Source of the DNA: Lama guanicoe
Taxonomy: Eukaryota
Assembly (NCBI GenBank): GCA_013239625.1
Contig: MU054338.1
Span: 2,296,977-2,360,976, forward strand
Direction of reading: 5' to 3'
DNA length: 64,000 nt
Positions 1-18,193 of the stretch are shown here, piece after piece. Position numbers and translations under genes: made by a program. The notes below the pieces were generated by a model, which saw only the letters and a program-made list of their open reading frames with translations, was not told the DNA's origin and did not search any database. Each line of letters starts with the position of its first letter. Within the stretch, counting starts at the first letter, position 1.

Positions 1-779
1 GGTATGTGTGAAGGAAAAGTTTTAGTAAGAAATGAAATAAGCTGATGTTGGAGACTATGGTGGAGGTATGGTGATCTTCATACCTGACTCTAATTTTGTA
101 CAAAGAAGTGAATTTACATATCATTTGTGTAATGAAATTAATTTCCCAAGCAAAGTGGTCGAAGCCACCCTCAGTGGGTTTTGTGTTTCTAGGACTACAT
201 ACTGGGATACTCTTCCTAGTTTCATGCTGTAACAATTTCCAAATGAAGCACGGAAATGAATGCAAAGAAACTAGCATGAAATTATACGACGTCAGCTAGA
301 TATTGGTTTTACTGAGAGTTAGGGCTTGAGAGAAATTTGTTGCTAAGAAAAATCTATTTATAATTTGGGGGGCAAACGGATCTGCTTTTAGATAAATATA
401 TGAAGGATGTAAAGTCAAATAGCATAAATGCTGCTTCTAATCTGTTGCTTGTGGGGGGGTGTATCTGGATTGCATGAATTGGACTGAATACAATGAAGTT
501 TGGAGTAAAGATACTTCGTTTTTCTAGAAAATTTCCAGGCAGCAAGGCATTTATCTTGATGCCAACGAGCTCCGAACTGTTTTCAAAAGAAACCTCAAAA
601 CATTTCATTTATTTTGATGCACAGGAGGAATTCCTGTTGGAATACCTTGGGAGAGGAAGGACAGTTTCTATGCCAACACCATCCTTGTCAATCAAGCCAA
701 AGAGGCGGGGCTTGGAGGGCGGGTCTTCCGCTGTCCTCTAGCTTGGAAGTCTCACCTAGACTGTTTTTAACACAGCAGA

Positions 780-880
780 GAGGCAAGGGAGAATGGAAAG
801 TCACACAGCTGATGAAGCAACAGAGCAAAGTGTGGAATCTGGATCCGTCAAGATTCCAGGGCAGACTCATCTTCCTCAGC
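780..880 (+). mobile_element. MIR SINE fragment
   Basis: MIR core-like motif 'aagtcacacagctg...gaatctggatccgtc...attccagggc'; family recognised by eye. Confidence 0.45.
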
Positions 881-904
881 CCCAAGCTGCTTCTTAGGAA
901 AACA

Positions 905-1530
905 GGCTTATTAAGATTCAACTCACATACCATATGACAGTACCCATTCAAAGGGTACGATTCCATGCTTTTTAGTATTTTTTAAGACTTACGCAACCTT
1001 TACCACAGTCTAATTTTTAGAATATTTTGATCACCCAAAAAGAAACCCCTTGCCCATTAGCAGTCACTCCCCATTGCTCCTCCCCACCGAGTCTCCAGCC
1101 CCAGGCAACCACTAATCTATTTCCTGTCTCTCTGCAGTTGCCTGTTCTGGACATTTCATATAGACGGCATCAAACGCTGTGTGGTCTTTTGTGACTGATG
1201 TCTTTCGCTGAGCCTAATGTTTTCAAGGCTTATCCTCGTCATAGCATGAATCAGCAATTTACTCCCTTTTATGGTCAATAAAATTCTATTGGATGGATCA
1301 CATTGTTTATCTGTTAATCAACTGATAGACATTTGGGTTGTTTCCACTTTTTCAGTATTGTGAATCATGTTGCTGTGAACATTCATGTACAAATTTCTGT
1401 GTGGATGTGTTTTTAATTCTCTTGGGCGTATCCTTAAGAGTGCAATGGATGGATCACAGTAGCTCCATTTTTTTTTTAACCTTTTGAGGAACTGCCAGAC
1501 TGTTTTCCAAAGTAGCTACACCTGCCTGTT
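905..1530 (-). mobile_element. Old L1M (L1MB/MC-like) LINE 3' fragment
   Basis: Typical antisense L1M 3' motifs: 'ccccaggcaaccactaatcta', 'ttgcctgttctggacatttcata', 'tttgaggaactgccagactgttttccaaagt'. Confidence 0.75.
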
Positions 1531-1544
1531 AGAAATTTACATGA

Positions 1545-1870
1545 TTCATTTATTTGTTTATTCAACGAATATGTATTGAAAACATGGGCACTCTTCCAGG
1601 TACCAGGAATACAGCACTGAACAAACAGGCAGCTCAAATGAAGGAAAGGAACATGGGAAGAAAAGATGAGACAGAGTGTATAGGGTGGGGTACAAGCCTG
1701 GGAAAGCCTCACTGAAAAGGGGACATTTAATCTGGGGTAAGGGCTCTCTAGGTGAAGGGAAGAGCGAGTGCAAAGGCCCAGAGGTGGGAATAAATGAAAT
1801 GGACATATTGAGGTCGCAGGTGTAGAATGAGGGGGAGAGTGCAAGGAAGCTGATGTGGGCAGGTTGTTTA
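1545..1870. mobile_element. L2 LINE 3' fragment
   Basis: 'attcatttatttgtttattcaacgaatatgtattga' L2 tail, followed by 'gtgcaaaggcccagaggtggga'. Confidence 0.65.
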
Positions 1871-2329
1871 GGGTCTATGGACCATCGTGAGCACCCAGTC
1901 ACCACAACTAGCATCCTGGGAGCAGAGGCAACCCCAGTCCAGGCTGTGAGAAGTCCAGGGGCTGCCTGGGGCTCCCCAAGATCCTAGGACAGCGGTTCCT
2001 CGCCCTCCACATTCACGAGGTCCTTGCAGCCTTCCTGTTCCCGCCACATTTTCCCAAATGCTGGTGGCCCAGCTCCGGGTCTCAGCTTCGCAGCATCCCA
2101 GCCTTCAGGTCCTGGACATCGTACAAAGTCTCCATTGCACAGAAGGGAAAGCCTAGGCCCCCGCACTGGATGCAGTATACCCTGCATCCAGAAGCCCCGG
2201 GCTCAGAGCAGGGCGGGACATGGCGGGGACTTCCGGGGCTCTAAATCCAGTCAATAAATGGGAAACTTCCCCAAGGCTTGCTAACCCACCTTGCCTTGGT
2301 GCAAGGGCCTGCTCCGAAAGATCTTAACC

Positions 2330-3250
2330 TCTTCCCTAGCAACCTGCCGCCGTCCCCATGGCAACTAGGGCGGGGCCCGACTCGGCCCTACCGGGTCTCG
2401 GGATCCGGCAGGGGCGGGGAATCTTGCCTTCATCTAAGGAGGAAGAGTCTGCGTTGCGCCTACTAGCCCTTTAAGAGGCTCCGCCTGACGATGCCTCAAA
2501 GCATCCTGATTGGTCCCGAGAGCGGCCGAGCGCAGCCGAACTTGACGCACCCGCCTGCAGCCTTCTCTTCTCACCTCCCACGCGGCTCAGCGGACTCCCC
2601 AGCCAATCACCGGCGGGCGCGCCTACCTTTATCTGCATGGTCACGCCCCAGGGGAAGGGCATACCCAATCCGAGCTCTCGCCGAGCCGTCATTAGCATGC
2701 CGGGGGCGGGGCGGGGCGGAGCGGACGGCAGGGGCGGGCTCCCGGCGGTTGGTTGGAGCGTCGCAGCAGCAGAGAGGTCCGGGAAAGTTTCTTTGGAGGT
2801 GAAAACAGCCGCAGAACTCGGGGCCCTGCGAGGGGGCAGGGGCGCGGGGGTCCCGGGATAGGGGCAGGGTCCCCCCCGGGCCGGGGAGGCGCGGACCCGG
2901 GCCTTCTGGGGGGCGATCGCCCAACAAAGGATCCCTGGGGCGCCCGCCCTCGAGGGCCTCCCCGCCCCCGGATCCGGCCCCCCCAGGCGCCCCGGGCCCG
3001 GCATTCCGGGACTTCCCAGCCAGTCCCCTACTTCGACGCTCGGGCGACCCTCACTCGGCTGCGCGTCTGCGTTCCAGGTGTGGCCGGAGCGGCCATGTCC
3101 CACGGCCCCAAGCAGCCCGGCGCGGCCGCCGCGTGAGTGCGACACCCCTCCCCCCAGCCCACTGGGGGCTTCAGCCTAGGCCCCCGGCCCCGTCGGAGCT
3201 CCTTGACCCTCGCCCCCACAAGGGTTTTGGCTTCCCCAACCTGAGGCAGG
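2330..3250 (+). promoter_or_regulatory. HMG20B: HMG20B CpG-island promoter with CCAAT boxes, Sp1 GC boxes, an RFX X-box and a probable non-coding exon 1 (ending ~2798)
   Basis: Very CpG-dense. ATTGG 2509-2513, CCAAT 2603-2607 and 2665-2669; tandem GGGGCGGGG 2702-2720; GTCCCCATGGCAAC 2352-2365; candidate donor GAG|GTGAAA at 2798/2799; exon 2 acceptor ttccag| at 3077/3078. Confidence 0.75.
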
Positions 3251-6200
3251 CCCTCCCCCTCCTCGGGTCCCCATGGGTTTCTTCCCCCAAGCCTCCGGGC
3301 TCCAATCCCTTTCAGGGGTCCCCTACTGCTCCTCGCTAGTTCTCCTGTCCAGACCCCCAGATCCTGACCCCCTCAGACCCTTGTTCTCAGAACTCAGGCC
3401 CCTCGCTGCCAGGGCCGCCGTCGCGGGGGTATGAGCCTGGCGCCCCGTGGCTCCCCCTAGTGCTTCTATCTTGACCCCCGGATCCTGACCCCCTTGGGCC
3501 CCTCCTCTGAGGACTCAGGCTCTTCACTGCCAGCTCCGCCGTCAGGGGTGGGGAGTCCGGGTGACCCTGGCTTCCCGTGGCTCCAGGCCGGCGAGCGGCA
3601 AGGCTCCAGGACAGCATGGGGGCTTCGTGGTGGCTGTCAAACAAGAGCGCGGAGAGGTCCCTCGGGCCGGAGAGAAGGGGTCGCACGAGGAAGAGGTGAG
3701 AGTCCCTGCACTGTGGTGGGAGAGGGCCCCAAGCTTTGAAGCTCCGCCCGGAATTCGATTTGAATTCTCTGTGGCTCCGCCCACAGTCCAGATTTCCCTT
3801 CCGATGCTGAGACCCCACCCTGTGCCAGATACCACGCCCCCAAGAGCTCTCCTGCCATTCTAAGTCCAGGCCTCGCCCACCCACCACCGAATGCCATCTC
3901 CGCCCACTGCGCAGGGATTTCCTTCACCGAAGCCACGACCACACCAGAGGCCACGCCCACAACACACGGCAGCCTCATTCCTGGGCTGATCCTCTGTCCC
4001 AAGTACTTCTGATCCCTTCACCCCTGGCCAGGGTTCCCCTAACCCCACTCTCCCAATCTTGAATCCTGACCTGGCCGTACCTCCCGGACTTCTGGGTCCT
4101 ACCTCCCGGTGGGCCACGCCCAAGTCTTCCAGAGACCCTCCCCCTTTCCCTCTGGGCCCCGCCCCAGCCCTCAGGCCCTTCCCAATGGCGCGGCTGGGTT
4201 CTGCAGCCCGTGAAGAAGCGCGGCTGGCCCAAGGGCAAGAAGCGGAAGAAGATCCTGCCAAATGGGCCAAAGGCACCGGTCACCGGCTACGTGCGCTTCC
4301 TGAACGAGCGGCGCGAGCAGATCCGCACGCGCCACCCGGACCTGCCCTTTCCCGAGATCACCAAGATGCTGGGCGCTGAGTGGAGCAAGCTGCAGCCAGC
4401 GGAGAAACAGGTGGGGACGGCCTGGGACCACTGACCTCCCCACCATCCACTCAGACACCCACACGCAGCCATTTACCCCAAAGGACTGGATGTGAAGGGT
4501 CCTTCCTTCCGTTTGGAGAATTGACCACCCATTAGCTCTCTCCAGCTTGTTGAAGGGAGGGGAAGATTGCAATAGGCAGGAGTAGAAGTAAAACTTAACG
4601 TTATACTAAAGAAGTAGGGATGGGGGCTGGATTTTCCTTGGAAACCTTCAGATTTTCAAGTCCTGGTAATTAATTCAGAACTGCAAAAACATCAAGGAAA
4701 CAACAAAAAGCACCACCAGCTTGAACCCTCTATGTGGGATTTTAACATGCAGAGTGAGTCTGGCCTGGAGGTGAGGGCATGCAGCACTCAGACACCAGAG
4801 AGTGGTTTATAAAGGCTGGAATTGGGGTGAGGTAGGTGAGGTCAGGGAGCTGGGAGGTGGCCTGAGCAGCAGCCTGAAGGGCGGGGTTTTGTTTGGAAGG
4901 CAGTACGGAGCTGTGGGAAGGCTCACCACCGTGAGCTGAATGATGGACATGGGGTCTTGGCCTTCGAGGCCTTGCTTGCACTGGGCTGGGCCAAGCCTTC
5001 TCTTGCTGCTTCCGCCAGCGGTACCTGGATGAGGCCGAACGGGAGAAGCAGCAGTACATGAAGGAGCTGAGGGCGTACCAGCAGTCAGAAGCCTACAAGA
5101 TGTGCACGGAGAAGATACAGGAAAAGAAGATCAAGAAAGGTGCGAAGAGCCCTAGCCCCCAGGCAGCTGAGTAGCTGCTCTGAGGCAGGTGACCCAGGCA
5201 GAACGACCACCCTCTCCGTGGGGCTCTCATGGTCCCCTGGGAATGAGACACACATAACCAGACAGTTGCAAGTGAAGAGGGCTTGATCGGCCCTGAGATG
5301 GGGTACACACAGACACTGGGGGGCCCAGGTGGGGAGCCTGACCCAAGATGAGCAGGGTTGATTAGGGGAGGGGAATGATGGTGTTCCAGGCAGGGGAAAC
5401 AGCACGTGCAAAGCAAAGCATGGGGTCAGAGGAGACCTGGGAGGCTGACCCTGCCCTCCTCCCTCCCCCACCAGAGGACTCCGGCTCTGGGCTCATGAAT
5501 ACCCTTTTGAATGGACACAAGGTAAGCTCCCCTCCTCCAAGGAGAACACCTGGGCGAGAAAGGTCTGGAGGTATTTAGACCCCTGGGTGAGCCAGGACCA
5601 AAGCTTATGGAATGAAGTGAACCCCCGGTCCAGATGTGTGCAAGCAGAAGCCAGGCAGCCACACAGTGGGAAGGCTGTTACACGGACTCTGATCCAGGTC
5701 GCCTGAGGAGACCCTCCCAAGCTTAGGGGATGTCCCAGAGGGGGTTTGGTTGCCCCTCAGTCCCCCCAAAATTGCCACTTTGTCCTGTCGTCCCAGGGTG
5801 GGGACTGTGACGGCTTCTCCACCTTCGACGTCCCCATCTTCACTGAAGAGTTCTTGGACCAAAACAAAGGTGAGCACTGACCAGGGGTTCTTGGGGGAGC
5901 AAGTGTCGGGAAACAGGCTGGGTCAACAGAGCTCCACAGTGGGTGCCTTCCTCCCCGCCCCCTCCCGTAGCCCAGGGAACTGAGGTGTGAGCTAGAGGCA
6001 GAGCAGTGACGGAAGGCCTGGCGCGGGGGCACAGCTCTGGCAAAGGCCTGGCAGAGGGGAGGCGGGGAAGCAAGCTCCAGGCTCTGACCCGGCACCCCGC
6101 CTGCAGCGCGGGAGGCGGAGCTGCGGCGCCTGCGGAAGATGAACGTGGCGTTCGAGGAGCAGAACGCGGTGCTGCAGAGGCACACGCAGAGCATGAGCAG

Positions 6201-7586
6201 CGCGCGCGAGCGCCTGGAGCAGGAGCTGGCGCTGGAGGAGCGACGGACGCTGGCGCTGCAACAGCAGCTCCAGGCCGTGCGCCAAGCACTCACTGCCAGC
6301 TTCGCCTCGCTGCCGGTGCCAGGTGCAGAGGCCCCGCCCCCAGCCGTCCGCCCGCCCCGCTAACTCCGCCCTTGATACCTCAGGCCCCGCCCAGGCTACC
6401 GCGAGCCCCGCTCTTTCTGATCCCGCTCGGGGATCCCCTATCCGCCTGGTCCCTGCCTTCTCGCACAAGCCCACACCTCCCTGCCCCAACCGCCGCGCCT
6501 CTGAGGATCCCGCCCCGCCTTCTTTGAACCCAGCCCGCGCCAGCCCCGCCCACACTGGCCCTTGCGCCCCGCCTCTAACCCCTTCCCCTGTACCCGCCTT
6601 CCGCGTTCTGGCCTTGGCTGACCTAGACCTAAGCTAACTTCCCCTCCCCCACTCGCCCCCGTCAGACCCCCCTCTCTCCAACTTTCATCTTCTGACCTTT
6701 GCCCACAGCTGATCTTGACTTCCCCAGGTCCAGACTCCCTGACCGCACCCACCCGACCCCACTGACCCTCGCCAGTGGCCCCCTCCCCAGGGCCCCACCC
6801 TTACAGACCCCCACCCTCTGACCTTTGCTTCCGTGGAGCCCCCACCACGGTGACTCCCCCGCTGGGCTTGGCTGACCGGTCCCTCGCCTCCCCAGGCACT
6901 GGCGAGACTCCGACACTCAGCACCCTGGACTTCTACATGGCCCGGCTACACGGCGCTATCGAGCGCGACCCCGCCCAGCACGAGAAGCTCATCGTCCGCA
7001 TCAAGGAGATCCTGGCCCAGGTTGCCAGGTGTGTGCCTGGCCAGGTCTGCGCCCCGGGATCGCTCACCCCAAGTGGGGCTGCTTTGCGTGGAGGCTGCTA
7101 AAGCTAGACCTGCTCCGGCGGGACCTGGCAAGAACGACTGGCTTTAGCCCCCTAGCGGGGTTTCTGGGGTCTCTGGGCGCAGCAGAGTGGGATTCGGCTG
7201 CCGGATCTTATTCCGAGGCCCCTGCCCATGTGGGATCCACCAGGTGGGGATGGTTTGATGCAGGTGGCTAATGACAGAGCCGCTGGGGGGCGCTGATGAG
7301 GCTGCTACTATATTAAATGCTGCTGGGTGGGATCTAGCAGCACCGTCTTGGCCCCTGGAGACCGGAATTTCCCCCGAAGCTTCTTGCTGGGTTTTTCTGG
7401 GTGGCTGCCACCTGCCCAGATTAGGTGGGATCAACTCCAGGGCCCCTGCCCTAGCATCTGAAGGCACAGCTGACCTTGACTGAGGAGGGCGGCCTCTAGG
7501 GTACCCAGGGTGAGGGTGAGGGCTGAGAGATGTCGGGGATCCCCCATCACGAATCTCCTCTCTTCTGTCACAGTGAGCATCTATGA
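3095..7586 (+). CDS. HMG20B: High mobility group 20B (BRAF35), HMG-box subunit of the LSD1-CoREST/BHC complex, 317 aa
   Basis: Coding exons 3095-3132, 3587-3695, 4207-4410, 5019-5139, 5475-5521, 5797-5869, 6107-6322, 6896-7028, 7574-7586 (954 nt, all GT-AG). Translates MSHGPKQPG...[18 protein letters not shown] (HMG box)...coiled coil...LAQVASEHL*. Confidence 0.97.
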
Positions 7587-8212
7587 GAGTGTTGGCCGCC
7601 CCACGGATCCACAGAAGACTAAGCTCCGGTCTCCGCCCCTCCCCCAGCCCCACCCAGTAGCAGAGGGGTGGGGGGGGTCCATTCTTTGGGGCCAGGCCCG
7701 ATCCTGCACCTTGGGGGCTACAGTCCCCCTAAAATTAGATTTCTCCAGCACCCCTCTAGCTTTCAATATCCCCAGCACCCCAACCCAGAAAAATCACCCA
7801 CCGTGCACAGCACACATTGAACCCTGGGGCCCAGCGAAGCCTGCTCACCTCACACTGCAGGGATGTGGGAACACCACGCATGGACAGTGTAAGCCAGGAC
7901 AGGAGGAGTCCCACAGCAAGTCACACACCTGGTGTGGGGAGAGTTACATACCAGCCCCAAGACCCAGGGTGGAGAAAACCCACAAATGACACACTGGGAC
8001 TCCTGGCAGGCGTCACCACAAGCGCCCACATGGGCAGGCACCCTGCAGGGCCACTCACACTCCTGGCGGGGCCCTCTACCCGTTTCTCTTCCATTCCTGC
8101 ACCACACAATGGGGAGGGGGGCTGGTACCGACCTACTGTCCACCCCACCCTCATCCAGCTGAGGGACCCTCGTGGAGGCGGCCCCTTTGCCACTGCTCAA
8201 TCGGGCTTGTTA

Positions 8213-8218
8213 AATAAA
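8213..8218 (+). terminator. HMG20B: HMG20B polyadenylation signal
   Basis: AATAAA ~630 nt after the stop, followed by a GT/T-rich downstream element (8250-8285). Confidence 0.8.
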
Positions 8219-8319
8219 AAATTTAAAAAGTGGAATTTGAATTTCAAGCTTGTGAGTGTGTGTGTATGGTTTTTTTTTTTTTTTGAAGGGGAATGGGCTA
8301 GAAGCCCCTGTTAGGGGTC

Positions 8320-8730
8320 CCAGGTCCACCCTCCCTAGCCGCTGGCAACCACTGATCCACTTTCTGTCTCTGGATTTACATGTTCTGGATGTTTCTTATA
8401 AACGGAATCACACACTGTCCTTTTGTGTCTGGCTTCTCTCTCTGAGTATCATGTCCTCAAGGTCCATCCACATAGCAAGTCTGTGCTTCACTCCTTTTTC
8501 TAGCTGAGTAGTATTCCATTGTACAGATGGACCACACTTTGTTCATCCATCAACCATCAATGCACATTTGGGTTGTTTCCATCTTTTGGCTGTTGTGCAT
8601 TGTGCTGTTGGGAATACACACGTACAGCTTTTTGTTTGAACACCTGCTCTCAGTTCCTCTCGGTAAATATCCAGGAGCAGAACTTCTGGGTCAGATGGTG
8701 ATTCTATGCTTAACTTATTGGGGAACCCTC
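8320..8730 (-). mobile_element. L1M LINE 3' fragment
   Basis: 'ggcaaccactgatccactttctgtctctggattta...ggaatcacaca...gtgtctggcttct...catttgggttgtttcca'. Confidence 0.7.
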
Positions 8731-8802
8731 TCAGAGACTTCAGCCTTTAATGGAATATTTGAGTCATTCTAAAAATTCTGGAGACCTGCTTGACAAACGC
8801 TG

Positions 8803-9225
8803 GTGTTGTAGGTTGAATTTTGTCCTCTCAAAAGAAAATGTCAAAGCCCTCACCCCAGAACCTCAGAATGCGACCTTATTTGGAAATAGAAGAGATAAGC
8901 AGTCAAGATGAGGTCATCCTGGACTAGGGTGGGCCTCTAATCCAATAGGACTGGTGTCCTTATAAGAGGATAGAGGTTTGGACACAGACACAAAGAGGAG
9001 GAAGCCACGTGACAAGAGATGCAGACGCCGGAACAAAGCAGGAGGCTGCAAAGCACCAGAAGGCAGGAGGCACGGGAAGGATTCCACCCAGGGCCTCAGA
9101 CCCACCTTGGTCTCGCTGACAAACTGATTTCCAGGCTCCAGAGCTGCGAGAGAATATATTTCTGCTGTTTGAAGCCACCGAGTTTGTGGTACTTTGCCAT
9201 GGAGGCCCCAGGAGACGAGCACAAC
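8803..9225 (+). mobile_element. MLT1 (ERVL-MaLR) solo LTR
   Basis: 'tgttgtaggttgaattttgtcc...gaccttatttggaaatag...taatccaataggactggtgtccttataaga...aagccaccgagtttgtggtactttg'. Confidence 0.8.
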
Positions 9226-9389
9226 TGGATATGGTCACATTCCCCCATCCAGATGTGCTGTCTCTCCTACCACCCCCTCACCCCAGATTTGACGTTCACC
9301 ACTCCTGGGCAGGTCTTTACATACTTTGAGCATATAAGGGTGTCTTCCTACAAGAGTACCATTTTGACGGGTGCTTTCTTTTTTCGTTC

Positions 9390-9700
9390 ATTTTTTTTTA
9401 AAGTTTTAAAGTGCACAATTCTGAGGTTTCTAGTATAGTCACCAAGCTGTGCAATCATCAGCACAACCTAATTCCAGAACATTTTCATCACCCCCCAAAC
9501 AACCCCTGTCCCCGTTAGCAGTCACTCCCCATCCTCCCTTCCCCCACCAGCAATCTCGACCCACTTTCTGTCTCTATGAATTTGCCTGTTGTGGACACTT
9601 TGTATAAATGGAATCACACGCTATGTGGCCTTTGTGTCTGGCTTCTTTCAATGAGCATCACATTTTCCAGGCTTATCCATGTTGTAGCACATAAGGGTAT
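9390..9700 (-). mobile_element. L1M LINE 3' fragment
   Basis: 'ttttaaagtgcacaattc...aattccagaacattttcatcacccc...ttagcagtcactcccc...aaatggaatcacac'. Confidence 0.7.
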
Positions 9701-9959
9701 AGCTTTTTGCAAGTTTTTAAACTTTACATACATTTTTTTACATAGTCCAAAGCTTTCTGCAACTTGCCTTCTTCCATCAATGCTTGGTTTCTGAAATTCT
9801 TCCAAGGCAGGAGGCTCCTCTTCTGAGCTGCTATACGGCATTCCACTGCTGTTTATTGAGCCAGCATTCCCATTGGTGGATGCCTAGATGCTGTGTTCCC
9901 AGGGGATTCTGACAGATGCCTCCTGGTACCCAGAGCCTCTCTTTTCATCTGTAACCTGA

Positions 9960-10440
9960 TGTGCCCACTGAGTGCCAGGCACTGGGGACTGGGATACAGC
10001 AGGGGTAAAAAGAAGACCAGAACTCTTGCCCTCCTGGAGCTGACATTCCAGTTGGGGAGGCAGGAAACGCAAGATGAATCAATGAAATATCTGCTATGTC
10101 AGAGGAAGAAAAAATGCCAGGAAGAGAGATTTGGAGGTGGTGAGAGGAGGTGATATTTGAGCTGAAGGAGGTGAGGGAGTGAACCACTTGGAGACCTGGG
10201 AGTCGTTCCAGGTATACGGGCACAGCCTGTGCAAAGTTCCTGAGGCCTGGTGTGTTGAATAAACATCAAGGAGGCTGGGCTCCTGCAGCTGGAGCAGAGT
10301 GGAGGAGGGAGAGAGGGAGGAGGGCAGGGAAGAAATGAGGCAGGTTGTCCAGGCCCTTGAGGGCTGCTGGGAGGACTCAGGTTTGTACCTGAAAGAAGGT
10401 GGGAGCCTGGAGGGCTGTGGGCAGAGGATGTACACAGTGT
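9960..10440. mobile_element. L2 LINE fragment
   Basis: 'gtgccaggcactgg...gccctcctggagctgacattccagt...gtgatatttgagctga...gtgcaaagttcctgagg'. Confidence 0.65.
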
Positions 10441-10810
10441 GGCTCAGCTTACACCAGAGAAACCGTCCTCCCCACCTCCTAGGGTTATTGCAAGGATTAA
10501 ATGAGTGTGCCCAACAGAAAGTGAACACTTGGGCACAGGTAGCTGTCCCCATTCTTATTCATGGCCCTTATCCCCTCCCCCGCCCCTCGCCGCTCCCCTA
10601 AGAGAGCACAGCTGGCCCTGGCAAGGCCAGGGCACCTGGTGCCCGCCCCACCCCACCCCGCCTCAACATCCCGCGGTGTCGCCTTCCCGGGAGGCTCCGG
10701 TTCCTGGATCCCCTTACCCGGGCGTCTCGGCTGTCGCGCCCTGAGCCGGGGGAGGGGAGGCTGCAGGAAGCGGAGGATCCGGCGGCCCTGGTGGCCGAGC
10801 TCCTCCTGCC

Positions 10811-16741
<5,931 letters not shown>

Positions 16742-17053
16742 GCCCCTGTCCCCGCAGCTCACGGAGTCTGGCGGCTCCGCGGAGGTCAGAGCCCCTCCCC
16801 CACCATGGGGTAACATAGTTTTGGCCCCTGTGGCCCCAACCGCCTCTCCTGCCCCTCCCGGCCTGAGTCCCCCAGAAGTAGCAGTGACCTCATTCCTCTA
16901 TAGGTCAGGGAAGGCGGGGAGAGTGGAAACAGGGGCTTCAGTTTCACTCCCGCCTGAGCCTGGCTCTGCGAGGTGTAAGCAGGTCCCAGTCTGTGGAGGG
17001 GAAAGAGGCGGCAGGAGGCAGTTTGCTCTTCATGTACCTCGAGGGCTCGGCGG

Positions 17054-17059
17054 AATAAA
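17054..17059 (+). terminator. GIPC3: GIPC3 polyadenylation signal
   Basis: First AATAAA I see after the last exon acceptor, with GT-rich 'gagtgtgtcatttt' downstream. Confidence 0.75.
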
Positions 17060-18193
17060 GGCACCTCCCACCCCTGCAGCCGAGTGTGTCATTTTGGGGG
17101 AAGTTTTGGGGAGAGCAGAGGAAGGGGCAGCCAGGAGGGTCCGGGGGTGCTGACATGACAACCCTAGGTGCTTCTTAAGCTCCTACTGTGTGCTAAGCAC
17201 GCTTTTAAGGGCTAACTGCGCAGGCGCTCACATACCTGCATACATGCGCCGCTCTATAAAAGCTCAGCGGTTCCGCCATTCAGTCAGCCTTTACTGAGAA
17301 CCTGCCGTGGGCCAGGTGCTGCCAGTTCACAGCATTGGGCCTCTGAAGGGCTGAGCGAAGAGAAGGCTAAACCGTCAGTTTAAGAGGAAGGGCGTCCCGC
17401 GGTCAGTGAAGGAAGGGGGTTCCTCCGCGATCTCCTGTGTCTCGCCCTCTCTTTTCCTCACCTGCAAAATGGGTTTAATGCCGGAACCCTCTCCGAGGGG
17501 CTGTACGGAGGACTCCAGGAGATCCAAGCTGTGAAGGCTTAGTGAAGGCTCCATGAAGGGGGTGGGGAGAGGAGCGGGAAGCCAGCCCCACCCCCTGCCC
17601 TCCCCCCCCTCCCCGCCCTGGTCCTGCTGAGCTGCGACGCGGTTGGGTAGCGGGCTGGGTAGCCCTCTGATGCGAGGAACTTTAATGACTGACGATTCCG
17701 GACCCAGAGGAAAATTAAGCCAGAGGCGGAGATTGTATTTTGGCAAGAGAAGGGGTGTCTTGATGGTTCACATTCAATCTTTTCCAGGCAGAGCCTTTTC
17801 GGGTTGGGGTGTCCAAGGGAATCAACCCTCCCCCAGGAAGTAGGTCATCCTCAAGGGTCAGAGACCCCCATTTCTAAAAGGGGAGGCTTACAAACCTGAT
17901 TTCTTCCAGACACCCTCCCAATACCCCACCCTCCACACATCCTTCCTGGGGTTGGGAGAGGACTTGTGGGTGGGGGAGCTAAGAGAGGGGAGAAGACTCG
18001 GAAAGGAAGATCAAGGGAGTCGGGAATCCCCAGGGCCCACAATCCTGCTGCTCAAACTGTCCATCCTGCACTCTGGGACTTGAGATCAGGCAGATGTGAC
18101 CACCGAGGGGGACCAAGGTTTAACGGGGGACACGCTGACTGGGTCCCCTGTCCACTGTCCTTCCGGAGCCGCCGCCGACGTCCAGCCCCGGCC

